Origin: an uncultured Planctomycetia bacterium
GTDB lineage: Bacteria > Omnitrophota > Gorgyraeia > B26-G9
Direction: 5' to 3'
DNA length: 64,000 nt
Assembly: GCA_964437495.1 (NCBI GenBank)
Contig: CAYTGV010000004.1
Span: forward strand, 40,413 to 104,412
Below are positions 1 to 10,054 of this stretch, in pieces (the stretch's first letter is position 1; every line of letters starts with the position of its first letter). Position numbers and translations under genes: made by a program. The notes below the pieces were generated by a model, which was given only the letters and a program-made list of their open reading frames with translations, was not told where the DNA came from and searched no databases.

Positions 1-408
1 TTAAATAAGTAATTTTGAGAGCTTAGTTCTTAATTTTTCCGCATTCTTAATTTCACATTCCCAAATAGTAATTGTTTTCCAGCCTAGTTTTCTTAAATCT
101 TTTTTGTGCATAACGTCCCTTTTTTTGTTGCGTTCAAGTTTGCGGCTCCAATATGATTGATTGCTTTTCGGGATATTTGCTCTTTTGCATCCTTTGTGCT
201 GATGCCAAAAACAGCCGTGAACAAAAACAACTGTTTTATATTTTTTTAAGACAATGTCTGGTTTGCCCGGCAAAGTTTTTTGATGTAGCCGGAAGCGGAA
301 GCCTAAAGAATGCAGAATTTGTCGAACTAATATTTCAGGCTTTGTATCGGATGAACGGATTAAGCTCATATTCCAGCTTCGTTTTTGAGGTGACAAATGA
401 TCAGCCAT
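1..408 (-). CDS. vsr: Very short patch repair endonuclease (Vsr, G/T mismatch endonuclease)
   Basis: 135-aa ORF with Vsr signature DTKPE...PGKPDIVL...VVFVHGCFWHQH; CAT start codon at 406-408 on the minus strand. No cognate C5-methyltransferase lies within the window on the upstream side. Confidence 0.8.
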   Translation of the reverse strand: MADHLSPQKRSWNMSLIRSSDTKPEILVRQILHSLGFRFRLHQKTLPGKPDIVLKKYKTVVFVHGCFWHQHKGCKRANIPKSNQSYWSRKLERNKKRDVMHKKDLRKLGWKTITIWECEIKNAEKLRTKLSKLLI

Positions 409-811
409 GAGTATATTATATAAAAAAAGAGAAGAATAAAAAGAATTTTATTATCAAATTGGGGAGTGGCGGTTAGCTTCTAGAAATACCAACTCTTTCA
501 ATAGTTAACTTATATATTGAAACAAAGAACAATGGGATTGAAGGTGCAATGAATTGCACTGGTGTCACGTTTGAGCCCAGATAATTAAGTATTGTGAATC
601 TCTCTCCATAAGATGGCTCTTCAGAAAAGGAATGCGAGCGTTGCTATTAGAGAACTAAAATTTAAGATGAAGGCTGCAACCTTAAAGCCTGCATCTACAA
701 ATCCTTCGCAAAATTCACATAACTCTATTGCGAAGAGGAATGGTCATTTAATGTTAAGCAGAAGGGATTAGTAAAAATATTGACTATAAACGAATAATAC
801 TACTATTATTC

Positions 812-839
812 TTGACAAAATTGCTTAATGTGATATAAT
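812..839 (+). promoter_or_regulatory. sigma70-type promoter (TTGACA-N16-TGaTATAAT) upstream of the RHH-gene operon
   Basis: TTGACA at 812-817 and extended -10 TGATATAAT ending at 839, about 50 nt upstream of the ATG at 890. Read directly from the sequence. Confidence 0.4.
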
Positions 840-889
840 ATATTATATAAGTGCAAAGATTAATACATTACAACTATGAGGAGAGAAAG

Positions 890-1936
890 ATGAGATACAT
901 TATTGATATTACACAAAATCAGTCTGATAACATTCAGAAACTTATTGCTGACGGCAGGTATAGAGATTTTAATCAATTTGTTTGCACTGCTATAGATAAT
1001 CAGCTGCACATTGAAACAGAAGAAATAGGCGGGCATAAGATAGAAAATTTAGGTAGCAAAATTAATGTTTACAAACCAGAAGAACTTTTTGAAATTGATA
1101 AAAGCATAAGCATAAAAACAATCAATATTGATGTGCAGGGGGTAGCGATGCCTGATTTTAAAAATTTATCAGGCTCAGCATATGAAATTGAGGAAAAAGA
1201 TTCTTGGTTGTGGGGCCAAGTTAATAAGATTTTCCCAGTGAAAATTGGTTTAAGGATTTTACTCGCTATGCAGGGAGCAGAAAAAAACATTACTTTGGAA
1301 GAATATAGTAAAAAAGCTACACATATTGCTGCATCTTATGGAACCGGGATTAGATTATATGAAGATAGAAAGAAAAGGCCTAGAGATTTAAGGATTTCAG
1401 CTGGATTACCTAGCGAAGATGCTTTTAAAAGCAAACTTAGATATAAAGGTCAATTTTTGGCATATGTGAGAAAAGACGGCTTAATGGAAGGGGCGATGTC
1501 TTTTTTGAAATTTATTAACTTGTATAAAGATGAAGAAAGCGGACAAATGTGTATTTACTTAACAGGCGCAGGAGTAAAGTTTGCACAAATCAGCAATCCC
1601 GTAATAGATAAGGGGGAGTTCGATAAAAGTTTAAGCAAAGAGGAAATAGCTTTTTATTTGGAGCATATTGCTGAGAATGTTATAGGTGAATATCAAGCAA
1701 TAAAATGGATGCTTGAAAAACTTGAAGAGGGGATATCAGATAGAACCTTGATAAATAGAGAAATGAAAAAAATCTTCAGCCAGCTATGGGGAGGCGCCTC
1801 AGATGCTGTTATTAATACACAGAGAGCAGGGCTGATGTCTAGAATGTATGAATTAAAATTGTATGACAAAGAAAAAGATGCGAATAAAGTTGCGTATTTA
1901 ATTAATGACGCTGGAAAAGAGCTTCTTCGGCAATAA
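890..1936 (+). CDS. Hypothetical protein with N-terminal ribbon-helix-helix (CopG/Arc-like) domain; first gene of a 3-gene operon
   Basis: Track ORF 851-1936 starts at GTG; the more likely start is ATG 890 with GAGGAGAG RBS 8 nt upstream. N-terminus MRYIIDITQNQSDNIQKLIADGRYRDFNQFVCTAIDNQL has an RHH beta-alpha-alpha pattern. The remaining ~300 aa have no family I recognise. Confidence 0.45.
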   Translation: MRYIIDITQNQSDNIQKLIADGRYRDFNQFVCTAIDNQLHIETEEIGGHKIENLGSKINVYKPEELFEIDKSISIKTINIDVQGVAMPDFKNLSGSAYEIEEKDSWLWGQVNKIFPVKIGLRILLAMQGAEKNITLEEYSKKATHIAASYGTGIRLYEDRKKRPRDLRISAGLPSEDAFKSKLRYKGQFLAYVRKDGLMEGAMSFLKFINLYKDEESGQMCIYLTGAGVKFAQISNPVIDKGEFDKSLSKEEIAFYLEHIAENVIGEYQAIKWMLEKLEEGISDRTLINREMKKIFSQLWGGASDAVINTQRAGLMSRMYELKLYDKEKDANKVAYLINDAGKELLRQ

Positions 1937-1953
1937 ATAAGAAGGGATGAAAC

Positions 1954-4347
1954 ATGAAATGTAAACATTGTGGGTATAATAACGCTGAAAGTAATTCTAT
2001 TTGTGATGAGTGTCGCCATTCATTGACTTCTTCAGGGACGCCACAAAACTGGAAAAGTGAAATAGAGCAAGTAGTGGCCACGTATGAGCAAGAACCAGCA
2101 AAAGGATTAGTCCACGGGTTACAAAAAGATGCTATTCAAAATGGTTGGGGGCATAGGGTTAACGATAAAGGTAGGGGGTGGAAATTTACTTTTACTCTGA
2201 AAAAATTCGAGGATGTTACATATTTGCTACTTACGGATGAAGGGACTACTGGATTAACAGGTCCAAATTTAACAACTGAAGAAATTCAACAGGCTGTGAC
2301 TCTCCCCGATGATCATAAGCTAGCTCGTTTTACAGGGATGAAGTGGTCTGGAGGTAGCCAGGGAGTGGGGTTGTATGGCAGAGGAAAGTTACTTTTTCCA
2401 GCTGTATCAAAAGATTGCAAGATATATTTTGATAGTCTTACGGAAAAGGATGGGTATAGATTGAATTACAAAATGCTCATAGGTTCAAGTTATGAAGGAT
2501 CTCCCAAAGCGCTGGAAGGAGAAGAAGCAAAAGATTTAATAAAAAAGCTCAAAATGGAACTACTTTCAAATATCGGCACACGAATAATCATAGTAAATCC
2601 AATACAAGAATTAGTTGAGGCAATAAAGAATGGAGAACTGATAAAAAACATCCAAGAAACATGGTGGCCTATAATAGCGCGGGGAGCAGAAATCTTTTTA
2701 GATATTAATGGGGTAAAACGGATTGTAGGCTTTCCTGAAGAATATTATGATTTACCCGAAAAGCCTGCAAATGGTTGGAAAGTGTGGTTTAGGAAGAATA
2801 TTAAGATTGGTGATGATTATACGATTAGACATATTCATTTGCTTATTGCTCCAAAAAAGATAGATGAAGATTTTAGAGGGATTCATTTGTATCGCCAGGG
2901 CATGAAAACGGGAGGTTTTAATTTTGAAATTCCTCCAAAAATTAAAGATCGGTATTTTGGATATATCGAGCTTGATAGGGGATCCGAACATATGGTAATC
3001 CCGCTTGAAGATATAACTCACTATGGATTCAAGAAGAAAAGAACTACGGAATTCCAGAAAATAAAGCGTTTTATCGAAAGTGACCATAAGGCTTTCATGG
3101 ATCGAGAAGGGCTATTAGTTAAAAAATATTCGAGCGAAGAAAAATTGAAAAAAACTTTTGAAAATAGTTCTAAAATTATCAATGAACTTATCTCTAGCTT
3201 TGGGATTGATAGCGTAGGTGAAGGAGGAATGACGGCTTCATTTATAGTAAGATGGATGGGGATTGATTTTCCAGACGAAGGGAATTCAAAAGTAGTAACA
3301 GGCGAGACTATAAGTAATATAAGATTTAAAATAATTAACAACCAGGGGAGCTGTGAGAGATTTAATTACCAGTTAAAAATTGTTCATAACGACAAAGATG
3401 TAGTTTTAATAGATGAACAATCGGTACCTGTAAATTCTTCTTCAGAAAAAATATTCGGGCCGTACAATGTTAATATTAATGAGCAAGCAATGCCTCGGTA
3501 TGAGAAGCTGTTCATACAGCTGGAGGTTAAAAAGGTAGGCCTTAAAAAACAAATCATAAAGAAAATACCTTTTTTCTATGATTGCGATCCTCAAGATAGG
3601 CCGGAGTTTGGATTCTCAGTCCAAATTGCGGAGGTAAAATTTCCAGGAGGGAATAGTCATAGAGTTAATACGGGCGAAAAAATTACAGGACTTAAATATT
3701 TGATAAAGAATAATACAGCACTGAGAGAAAAGATAGGGATATATATACGCACGCATAATATGACAGAAGGGGGAAACCCTGTAATAGAGGAGATACTACT
3801 CAATAGGGAGGGAATAACAATAGAGCCTTTTTCTGAAGAACTTGTTGAATGTAGGGATATTGATTTTTCAGAAGAGATTTATTTATCGCAAATTGCCAAA
3901 GGGTTGATAGAATTGCGGGCAAGTGTAAGTTCTATGGGTGAAGGAAAGTATGCGCATGCAGATTCAATTTGCAAGCCTTCTAAGATAAAAATATACTTTA
4001 ATGAAAATGAGCCGGGAGTAAGTGTTTTTAATGACTCAGAGTGGAAGAAAGATAAAGGTGGCCCTAGATCAGATTGCTCAGGACAAGGTAAAAACTGGAC
4101 ATTTATTATCAATATAGAACATTCTTGCTATATAAATGCTGAGGAAGAGGGCGAAGAAGCGCGGGACGAGTACTATGTTGACGAAATGCTGAAGCAGACA
4201 GTCAAGATATTATTATTGTCAAACAATTATAAGATTTTCACAAAGGATAAAAAATGGTTTGATAACGAAGAGGTGTCGCCGCCTGAAGTATTTGTAGTCA
4301 TGAATGAAGCATACGACAAATTGCTGGATAAAATACATAGGAGATAA
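1954..4347 (+). CDS. Zn-ribbon + GHKL (histidine-kinase/Hsp90/MORC-like) ATPase-fold protein, 797 aa
   Basis: N-terminal CxxC...CxxC ribbon (CKHCGYN...CDECRH). It is followed by GHKL-like boxes: N box LQKDAIQNGWGHR, G1 LTDEGTTGLTG, G2 SGGSQGVGLYGRGK. Only 18 nt separate it from the upstream gene, with an RBS. Confidence 0.45.
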   Translation: MKCKHCGYNNAESNSICDECRHSLTSSGTPQNWKSEIEQVVATYEQEPAKGLVHGLQKDAIQNGWGHRVNDKGRGWKFTFTLKKFEDVTYLLLTDEGTTGLTGPNLTTEEIQQAVTLPDDHKLARFTGMKWSGGSQGVGLYGRGKLLFPAVSKDCKIYFDSLTEKDGYRLNYKMLIGSSYEGSPKALEGEEAKDLIKKLKMELLSNIGTRIIIVNPIQELVEAIKNGELIKNIQETWWPIIARGAEIFLDINGVKRIVGFPEEYYDLPEKPANGWKVWFRKNIKIGDDYTIRHIHLLIAPKKIDEDFRGIHLYRQGMKTGGFNFEIPPKIKDRYFGYIELDRGSEHMVIPLEDITHYGFKKKRTTEFQKIKRFIESDHKAFMDREGLLVKKYSSEEKLKKTFENSSKIINELISSFGIDSVGEGGMTASFIVRWMGIDFPDEGNSKVVTGETISNIRFKIINNQGSCERFNYQLKIVHNDKDVVLIDEQSVPVNSSSEKIFGPYNVNINEQAMPRYEKLFIQLEVKKVGLKKQIIKKIPFFYDCDPQDRPEFGFSVQIAEVKFPGGNSHRVNTGEKITGLKYLIKNNTALREKIGIYIRTHNMTEGGNPVIEEILLNREGITIEPFSEELVECRDIDFSEEIYLSQIAKGLIELRASVSSMGEGKYAHADSICKPSKIKIYFNENEPGVSVFNDSEWKKDKGGPRSDCSGQGKNWTFIINIEHSCYINAEEEGEEARDEYYVDEMLKQTVKILLLSNNYKIFTKDKKWFDNEEVSPPEVFVVMNEAYDKLLDKIHRR

Positions 4348-5153
4348 TGATGGCAATATTATTCAAGAAAGAGAAAGGCAAGAATATATATAAAGGCATC
4401 GTCGGTAAAGAGCAGATACAGAAAGCCGATAAGCTGTATGAATATTTAGCTGCCAAAATCCCGAGACTAGAAACAGAGTTATCAGAGCAATATGAGAAAA
4501 TTAGCATACAATTTTGGTATTATTTTGGAAAAGGATTAAGAGAAATAGTAGAGAAATTTGATATAGATAACCAAGACAGACAATATCTTTGGGAGGCAAT
4601 TGCAAACTTAGCGGCGTCGGATGTAAGTGTGCGAAAAAATAGATCATCTAATAGAACAAATTATGAGTATTTTTATAGGCTTTCTGAAGTATCTTTAACG
4701 GATGTAGAAAAACTTAATTGGAGTGAGTGGTCTACATTTTTTGATTCGATTACTATAAGAAGAGAAGAAAGAAGTTTCGCATGGTTTATTACTAAGCTTT
4801 CGGATCGCAAGATGGATAGAAAGACAATGCGAACCTTAATGATTGCGATGAATAAAGCTCTAGAGGGTAAAGAAACGTGGATGTATTCCGATGAAGATCT
4901 ATGGAAGAGGTTTAATGCAGCGCTTATGGCGTCCTTGTTTTTAATCAGTAATGCACCCAAAGATAAGATGATACAAAAAAAAACAAATAAGCCCCTATCT
5001 GAGCGGCAGCAAATTGTAAATAAAAAAGCATTACAAAAAAAAACAAAGATCAGGCAAAAATTTTTCAAAGAATTTTTCATGCTAGTAGATTTAAAAGAGA
5101 AGTTAAGCATAGAAGCAATGTGCATAGAAGCTTTTAAAAAAGTTAAAGGATAG
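4347..5153 (+). CDS. Hypothetical protein (268 aa), translationally coupled to the GHKL-like gene
   Basis: The start ATG overlaps the upstream TAA (TAATG at 4345-4349). Lysine-rich C-terminus; no recognisable domain. Confidence 0.4.
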   Translation: MMAILFKKEKGKNIYKGIVGKEQIQKADKLYEYLAAKIPRLETELSEQYEKISIQFWYYFGKGLREIVEKFDIDNQDRQYLWEAIANLAASDVSVRKNRSSNRTNYEYFYRLSEVSLTDVEKLNWSEWSTFFDSITIRREERSFAWFITKLSDRKMDRKTMRTLMIAMNKALEGKETWMYSDEDLWKRFNAALMASLFLISNAPKDKMIQKKTNKPLSERQQIVNKKALQKKTKIRQKFFKEFFMLVDLKEKLSIEAMCIEAFKKVKG

Positions 5154-5299
5154 AGGAGTAGTGAAAATAAAAGAAGGGATATGTGAGGTATAAAGATTTT
5201 ATAGACAATTTGGAAATCCGCAGAACGTTAACGGATAAAGAAGAAACTAAAATGGGTAAAATTTGTTCTGTGACATCAAAAAACAGGAGGACATTAATT

Positions 5300-5500
5300 A
5301 TGAATAAGAATAAGTATTTCTCGGAAGGCACAATCGTTAAATTAAAAAATCCAGCTGACGATGTAGAGGGCAAGGCACTTTTCGAAGTAATTGAAAACAA
5401 AGGTGACAGAGTTGATATCAAGCTCTTAAACACAAAAATGTCTATTCCTCCTGTCGAGTGTGTAAGTATCAACGAAATCGTTATTGCAAATCCGAAATAA
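5300..5500 (+). CDS. Small hypothetical protein (~66 aa)
   Basis: The track ORF 5183-5500 contains an internal ATG at 5300 preceded by AGGAGG (5285-5290). The N-terminal part of the track ORF is therefore probably not translated. Confidence 0.3.
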   Translation: MNKNKYFSEGTIVKLKNPADDVEGKALFEVIENKGDRVDIKLLNTKMSIPPVECVSINEIVIANPK

Positions 5501-5765
5501 AAAAATTCTTTAAGCAAAATCTTCATTATTAACGAAGAGTGCTATTTTTCTTATGCGTTAAGTTTACAGCAAGCGGCTGAAATTAAAAGGCTAGCAAATA
5601 TAGAAAATATGGTGTTATCAGATGGTCGGATTTGCTGATATTATGGACTAAAGAAGACATATTTATAGATAAAAACATGCAAACAAGGGCCAACTTATAT
5701 ATAATTTAGTAAATTTACCGTAAAACAAGATGATCGTGTATTATATGTTAGTGAGAATAAATAAT

Positions 5766-6659
5766 ATGAAAAAAGATTTTGATTATGCTTATTATTTAGT
5801 TGCTTTCGTTGATGTCTTAGGACAAAAAGAAGCGTTTCAAGGCATTACTGATCTTCCTAAAAATGATGAGGCACAAAAAAAGCTAATAAAAGCGCATTCT
5901 AGCACTGTTTTATTTGTCGAAGAACTTAGAGAATGGTTTGACGACTTTTTTAGTAGTTATACTGAAATAAAAGACTCTGAGTTTAAAGTTCCGGAGGAAA
6001 AGAAAGAACAATTTGATGAAATGCGTAAAAGCATTTTAAACCATGCTCGTTTTTCAGATTGTCTCCAGTTTTCTGTTCCTTTAGTTAGCGATAAGAAATA
6101 TTATTCTCCTTGTGTGAATGGTATTTTTGGAATATTGGGTGCTTGTGGTGGAATGCTAATATTGTCTTTAGCCAAGAAAAAACCTTTCAGAGCTGGCATA
6201 GATGTGGGTATTGCCACAGAATTAAGTAGTGGTGAAGTGTATGGTCCAGGATTTTTTAATGCTTATACTTTGGAGAGTAAAATTGCTCAACATCCGAGAA
6301 TTGTAATCGGAGATACACTCATAAATTTTTTACTAAATTTGTCTCATAAAAATTCGCAGATACCAAATCAAACAAAAGAAGACGTAGAACTATGCAAAAT
6401 GTTAGCAGACAATTGCTTACAAATGATTATAAAAGATTTAGATGGACATTTCATTCTGGACTATCTTGGACAAAACTTTCGCGATAATTTCACTAAAAAT
6501 TTAGCTGCTGACGGACAAGAGGCAAATGAAAAAGCATTTAAGCTGGCTTTTGATTTTATTGAAAAAGAATACGAGAAGCTAAATAAAGATAGGAACGAGA
6601 AGCTTAGCTCAAGATATTTTATGTTATACAATTATTTTAAGTCTAGATTAAATCTCTAA
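5766..6659 (+). CDS. Nucleotidyl-cyclase-like protein (class III cyclase / GGDEF / mCpol-type palm domain) with unknown C-terminal domain
   Basis: Motifs YYLVAFVDVLGQKE (metal-binding FxDxxG) and RAGIDVGIATELSSGEVYGPGFFNAYTLESKIA resemble the RxGxhxG...G...VNxAxRxE palm-domain signature of adenylyl/guanylyl cyclases. Start chosen at ATG 5766; the track gives 5730. Confidence 0.4.
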   Translation: MKKDFDYAYYLVAFVDVLGQKEAFQGITDLPKNDEAQKKLIKAHSSTVLFVEELREWFDDFFSSYTEIKDSEFKVPEEKKEQFDEMRKSILNHARFSDCLQFSVPLVSDKKYYSPCVNGIFGILGACGGMLILSLAKKKPFRAGIDVGIATELSSGEVYGPGFFNAYTLESKIAQHPRIVIGDTLINFLLNLSHKNSQIPNQTKEDVELCKMLADNCLQMIIKDLDGHFILDYLGQNFRDNFTKNLAADGQEANEKAFKLAFDFIEKEYEKLNKDRNEKLSSRYFMLYNYFKSRLNL

Positions 6660-6750
6660 CAATTCGCTCCAGGGCAATCGGAACCTGCTCCGAAAAAGCA
6701 GGGTCGGCCTCCTCTGCCTGAGCTCAAATGTTTTATATGAGGAATAAAAA

Positions 6751-7800
6751 ATGAATGATGATAATATTATTACTACGAAAAGCATTGGTGCTGACATAGT
6801 TGATGTTAAAGAAGATTTTATCCTTGATCAAAAGCCAATGTCTCGTTTGGTTTTTCATGCCCAAATACATAGTGAGGGAATCAGAGGACGAATTATCAGA
6901 CAACGTAGAGAATCAACTGAGGATGTTTGGACTCCAGATAAAGTTATAAACATACGTGATTTAGGTAAAAACGAAGCAATAAATATTGAACTTAAAACAG
7001 TGGCAGTGAGAAAACTATATTCAGCGATATTAAAATTATTAAATATTTTGCAACAAAAAGGCATAGCATATGGAGAAAATAAATATGCAGTAGTGAATCC
7101 TGATTCTGTGGTCATTACAGATAAAAATAAGGCTGCTTACATTAAAAAGATTCTAGATGCTGGATATGATGAGGAAGTATGGAATACTCTTGTAGAATCA
7201 AACCCTTCTCTGGTTACGAAGTTATCCTACGCAAGAATACAAAGATCAAAACTAAAAGTAACCAAAGAATTAAAAAATAGATTACAAAAAGGCGGTTTCG
7301 ACGAAACGAAAGGTGATGATTGCTGGCAAAAATGGATATATAAAAACAATTGGTTGTTTGGGGTGAACTACAAAAAACCAATTGAGAAAACAAAAATTAA
7401 TATTGCAGGTGTAATGCCAGATTATCTCTTTCCAACTTTAGATGGATTTATTGACATCTTAGAGATTAAACTACCTGATAATGGAGTAATTGCTAAAGAT
7501 AGCAGTCATTGTGGTTCTTGGAAATTGACATCAGAAACAAATACTGCTATTGGGCAGGTTGTAAATTATTTAAATGAAATTGATAGACTGCGTCTTGAAA
7601 TTGAGAAAATTATAAGAACTCAATATGGTTGTGAAATTAGTTTATTAAAACCTCGTGCGTATATTTTGATTGGAAATAGTACTGGTTGGGATATTGAAAA
7701 AAGAGAAGGATTGCGAAAAATCAATAACGCTTTACATGGCATTGAAATATTAACATATGAAGATCTTCTAAGTAGAGGTTGCGAGGCAACAAAAGAATAG
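6751..7800 (+). CDS. Shedu-like (SduA / DUF4263) PD-(D/E)xK nuclease
   Basis: The C-terminal half has CWQKWIYKNNWLFGVNY ... PDYLFPTLDGFIDILEIKLP ... GQVVNYL, i.e. the D...(D/E)xK plus QxxxY restriction-endonuclease-like core, with the NPWLFG-type motif typical of DUF4263. Confidence 0.5.
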   Translation: MNDDNIITTKSIGADIVDVKEDFILDQKPMSRLVFHAQIHSEGIRGRIIRQRRESTEDVWTPDKVINIRDLGKNEAINIELKTVAVRKLYSAILKLLNILQQKGIAYGENKYAVVNPDSVVITDKNKAAYIKKILDAGYDEEVWNTLVESNPSLVTKLSYARIQRSKLKVTKELKNRLQKGGFDETKGDDCWQKWIYKNNWLFGVNYKKPIEKTKINIAGVMPDYLFPTLDGFIDILEIKLPDNGVIAKDSSHCGSWKLTSETNTAIGQVVNYLNEIDRLRLEIEKIIRTQYGCEISLLKPRAYILIGNSTGWDIEKREGLRKINNALHGIEILTYEDLLSRGCEATKE

Positions 7801-8001
7801 TTTTAGAGTATTGTTAAAAGTTAATAATGAATAATATAAACATATCAAATCTCTTCAGGCAGTCGCAACCCGCCGCCATGGAATTAAAGGGACACAATAC
7901 TTAATCATTGGGTGCGAGAAAAATGGTCAGGTCTTAAGACTTACAGAAGAGCAGGTTAAATTATTGACAAAACCCAATCTTTACACTAACCTATACTTAT
8001 C

Positions 8002-9033
8002 ATGGCAAATAAAAAATTAGCCTCTGAAAAAGTAACCTACGAAATAGATCCTTATAATAGACTTATCATTAACAAATCCGGCAAAAAAAGCCGACTCTCC
8101 AGATTTAGGCAGGTTCTTGACGGACGCTTCAAAATCGATAAAGACAATACAGTATCTTATTATATAAAAGCCCCGATGCCTAAAGGTGCGGAAATCCCGT
8201 ATCAGGTTAAACTCCAGGGGAAATGGTCTCTATCCGTTGATCATAACCTGTGCTTGACGCTTAATAAATGGGGCCGGGAAACTCTGGGAGATAAATTAAC
8301 TCTGCAGGCTGATGTAATAGATACATCTAAAAATTCTCTGGTTTTTGCCCTTACCACTACTACAAAAGAAAACACCCAATCAATTTATATCCTCAAACTC
8401 AAAGGAGCATGGCAGGCAGATAAGCACAACCGGCTTACGTTTAGGATTCAGAGAGAGCAGGGAAGCCACGATATCCTGACGTTTAGAGGCGCATGGGAGA
8501 TAAATAAACAGCATCAGATTATTTATCAGTATGAAAAAGCCCAGCTCATCCGCAAACGCAAAAAAATTCACACACTGATTTTTCAAGGCTATTGGGATAT
8601 AAAAGATAAAGGCCGAGTATCTTATATACTTGATCAGCAATCTAACTCTGTTTTTGCCTTCAAAACTAGCATAGGCATATTTAAAGACAAATATATAAAA
8701 TACGAAGTGGGTATAGGCGTTTCTCGTAAACCTAAACCAATAAAGCGTGTGCTTATTCTATTTGGTAAATGGAAAATTAAAAAAAGCGTAGGATTAATAT
8801 TTGAAGTGGAATACAAAAATAAAAAAATCCACGCCATGGTCTTTGGTGCAGAAGCGAAGCTGACTGCCAAAGATAGCATAAGTTTTAAGCTAAAGAATGA
8901 GAAAAATAAAGGCCTTAGCGCGCAGTTGAAACTTTCGCGCAAGATACTAAAAGGAGACGGCTTGTCATTCTTGCGATTTCTGAAATCAAAAGGGGAAAGT
9001 ACTGTTACTATAGGCGCGGGTTTTAGATGGTAG
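8002..9033 (+). CDS. Hypothetical beta-rich protein with internal sequence repeats
   Basis: 343 aa; recurring (F/L)xGxWxI(N/K)K...IxYxY segments. No signal peptide and no family I recognise. Confidence 0.4.
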   Translation: MANKKLASEKVTYEIDPYNRLIINKSGKKSRLSRFRQVLDGRFKIDKDNTVSYYIKAPMPKGAEIPYQVKLQGKWSLSVDHNLCLTLNKWGRETLGDKLTLQADVIDTSKNSLVFALTTTTKENTQSIYILKLKGAWQADKHNRLTFRIQREQGSHDILTFRGAWEINKQHQIIYQYEKAQLIRKRKKIHTLIFQGYWDIKDKGRVSYILDQQSNSVFAFKTSIGIFKDKYIKYEVGIGVSRKPKPIKRVLILFGKWKIKKSVGLIFEVEYKNKKIHAMVFGAEAKLTAKDSISFKLKNEKNKGLSAQLKLSRKILKGDGLSFLRFLKSKGESTVTIGAGFRW

Positions 9034-9198
9034 TAAAAGCAGCGAATAGCGGAGAGCGTTTAGCGATTAGTACAAAAGACAAAAAAAGCGGATAGAAAAA
9101 AAGGCCGCCAAGTGGGCACTTTTAAGTGGACAATGGCGAGCCTCGCCGCAGGAAACTTCAAAGAGGAAACTCGGCGGGAGGGGAAAAAATGGGAAAAT

Positions 9199-9971
9199 TG
9201 GGATGTGTTAAAGATACGTTCAGCGGTAAAGACTATTTAATGCGGGCGTATTTGCCGATCATGAAACTACCTACGAAAATTGATTATACGCCTAAGCTCT
9301 CACCAGTCCGAGATCAGGGGGATGAAGGCACCTGCGTAAGCTTTGCCTGTGCCAGCGGGATGAAGGAATACCAGGAAATACTTGATTATGGAAAATCAAT
9401 AAAGCTTTCCCCGCGGTTTATTTATAGCGAATGCAAAAAGATAGATGGTATGCCGGAATCGGAGGGAACAACTCTTCGTGCAGCAATGCAGGTGCTTAAT
9501 AAAAAGGGAGTTTGTCGGGAAAAATTCTGGCCGTATCAACCGTATCAAACAAACAAAGCGAAGAAAGGTTTTTCTACCAACGCCAAAAAATTTCGCATTA
9601 AGACCTACGCCCGCATTCTCAACTTAAATGAATTACGTTTAAGCCTGGCTAATAAGGGGCCATGTGTTATTGGTGTTCAGGTGTTTGAAGGGATGATGAG
9701 AACAAAGACAGGGCTTGTCCCAATGCCTAAGAAAAAAGAATATCCTTTAGGCGGGCATGCAATTTGTCCCGTAGGATATGATGATAACAAGAAACTGGTT
9801 AAATTTAAAAACTCTTGGTCTGATAAATGGGGGAAGAAAGGGTATGGATTTTTACCTTATGCTTATATTGAAAATCATATGATGGATGCCTGGAGCTCAG
9901 TTGATATTGAAGATCCTAATCCGCTTACGCTGGCAAGCGTGTTGAGTTATAGAGAGAGGGCTTTAGTTTAG
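9199..9971 (+). CDS. Papain-like cysteine peptidase (C1 family)
   Basis: Active-site Cys motif DQGDEGTCVSFA, GGHAICPVGYDD, and NSWSDKWGKKGYGF (the C1 Q...C...H...N-S-W pattern). The in-frame ATG at 9199 with GGGAGGGG RBS is preferred over the longer track ORF starting at 9126. Confidence 0.65.
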
Positions 9972-10054
9972 TCAAGGGACATACAGGGTTTAGAACAACA
10001 AATTTTATGGGAACAGGAACACATTCCAATTTAATTTAGAACAGGATAAAGACA

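Noticed and set aside
6684-6703. Hairpin CCTGCT-CCGAAAA-AGCAGG between the cyclase and the Shedu-like gene, as a terminator
   Set aside because: The stem is only 6 bp and no T-run follows. It may be a weak attenuator, but it is not confidently a terminator.
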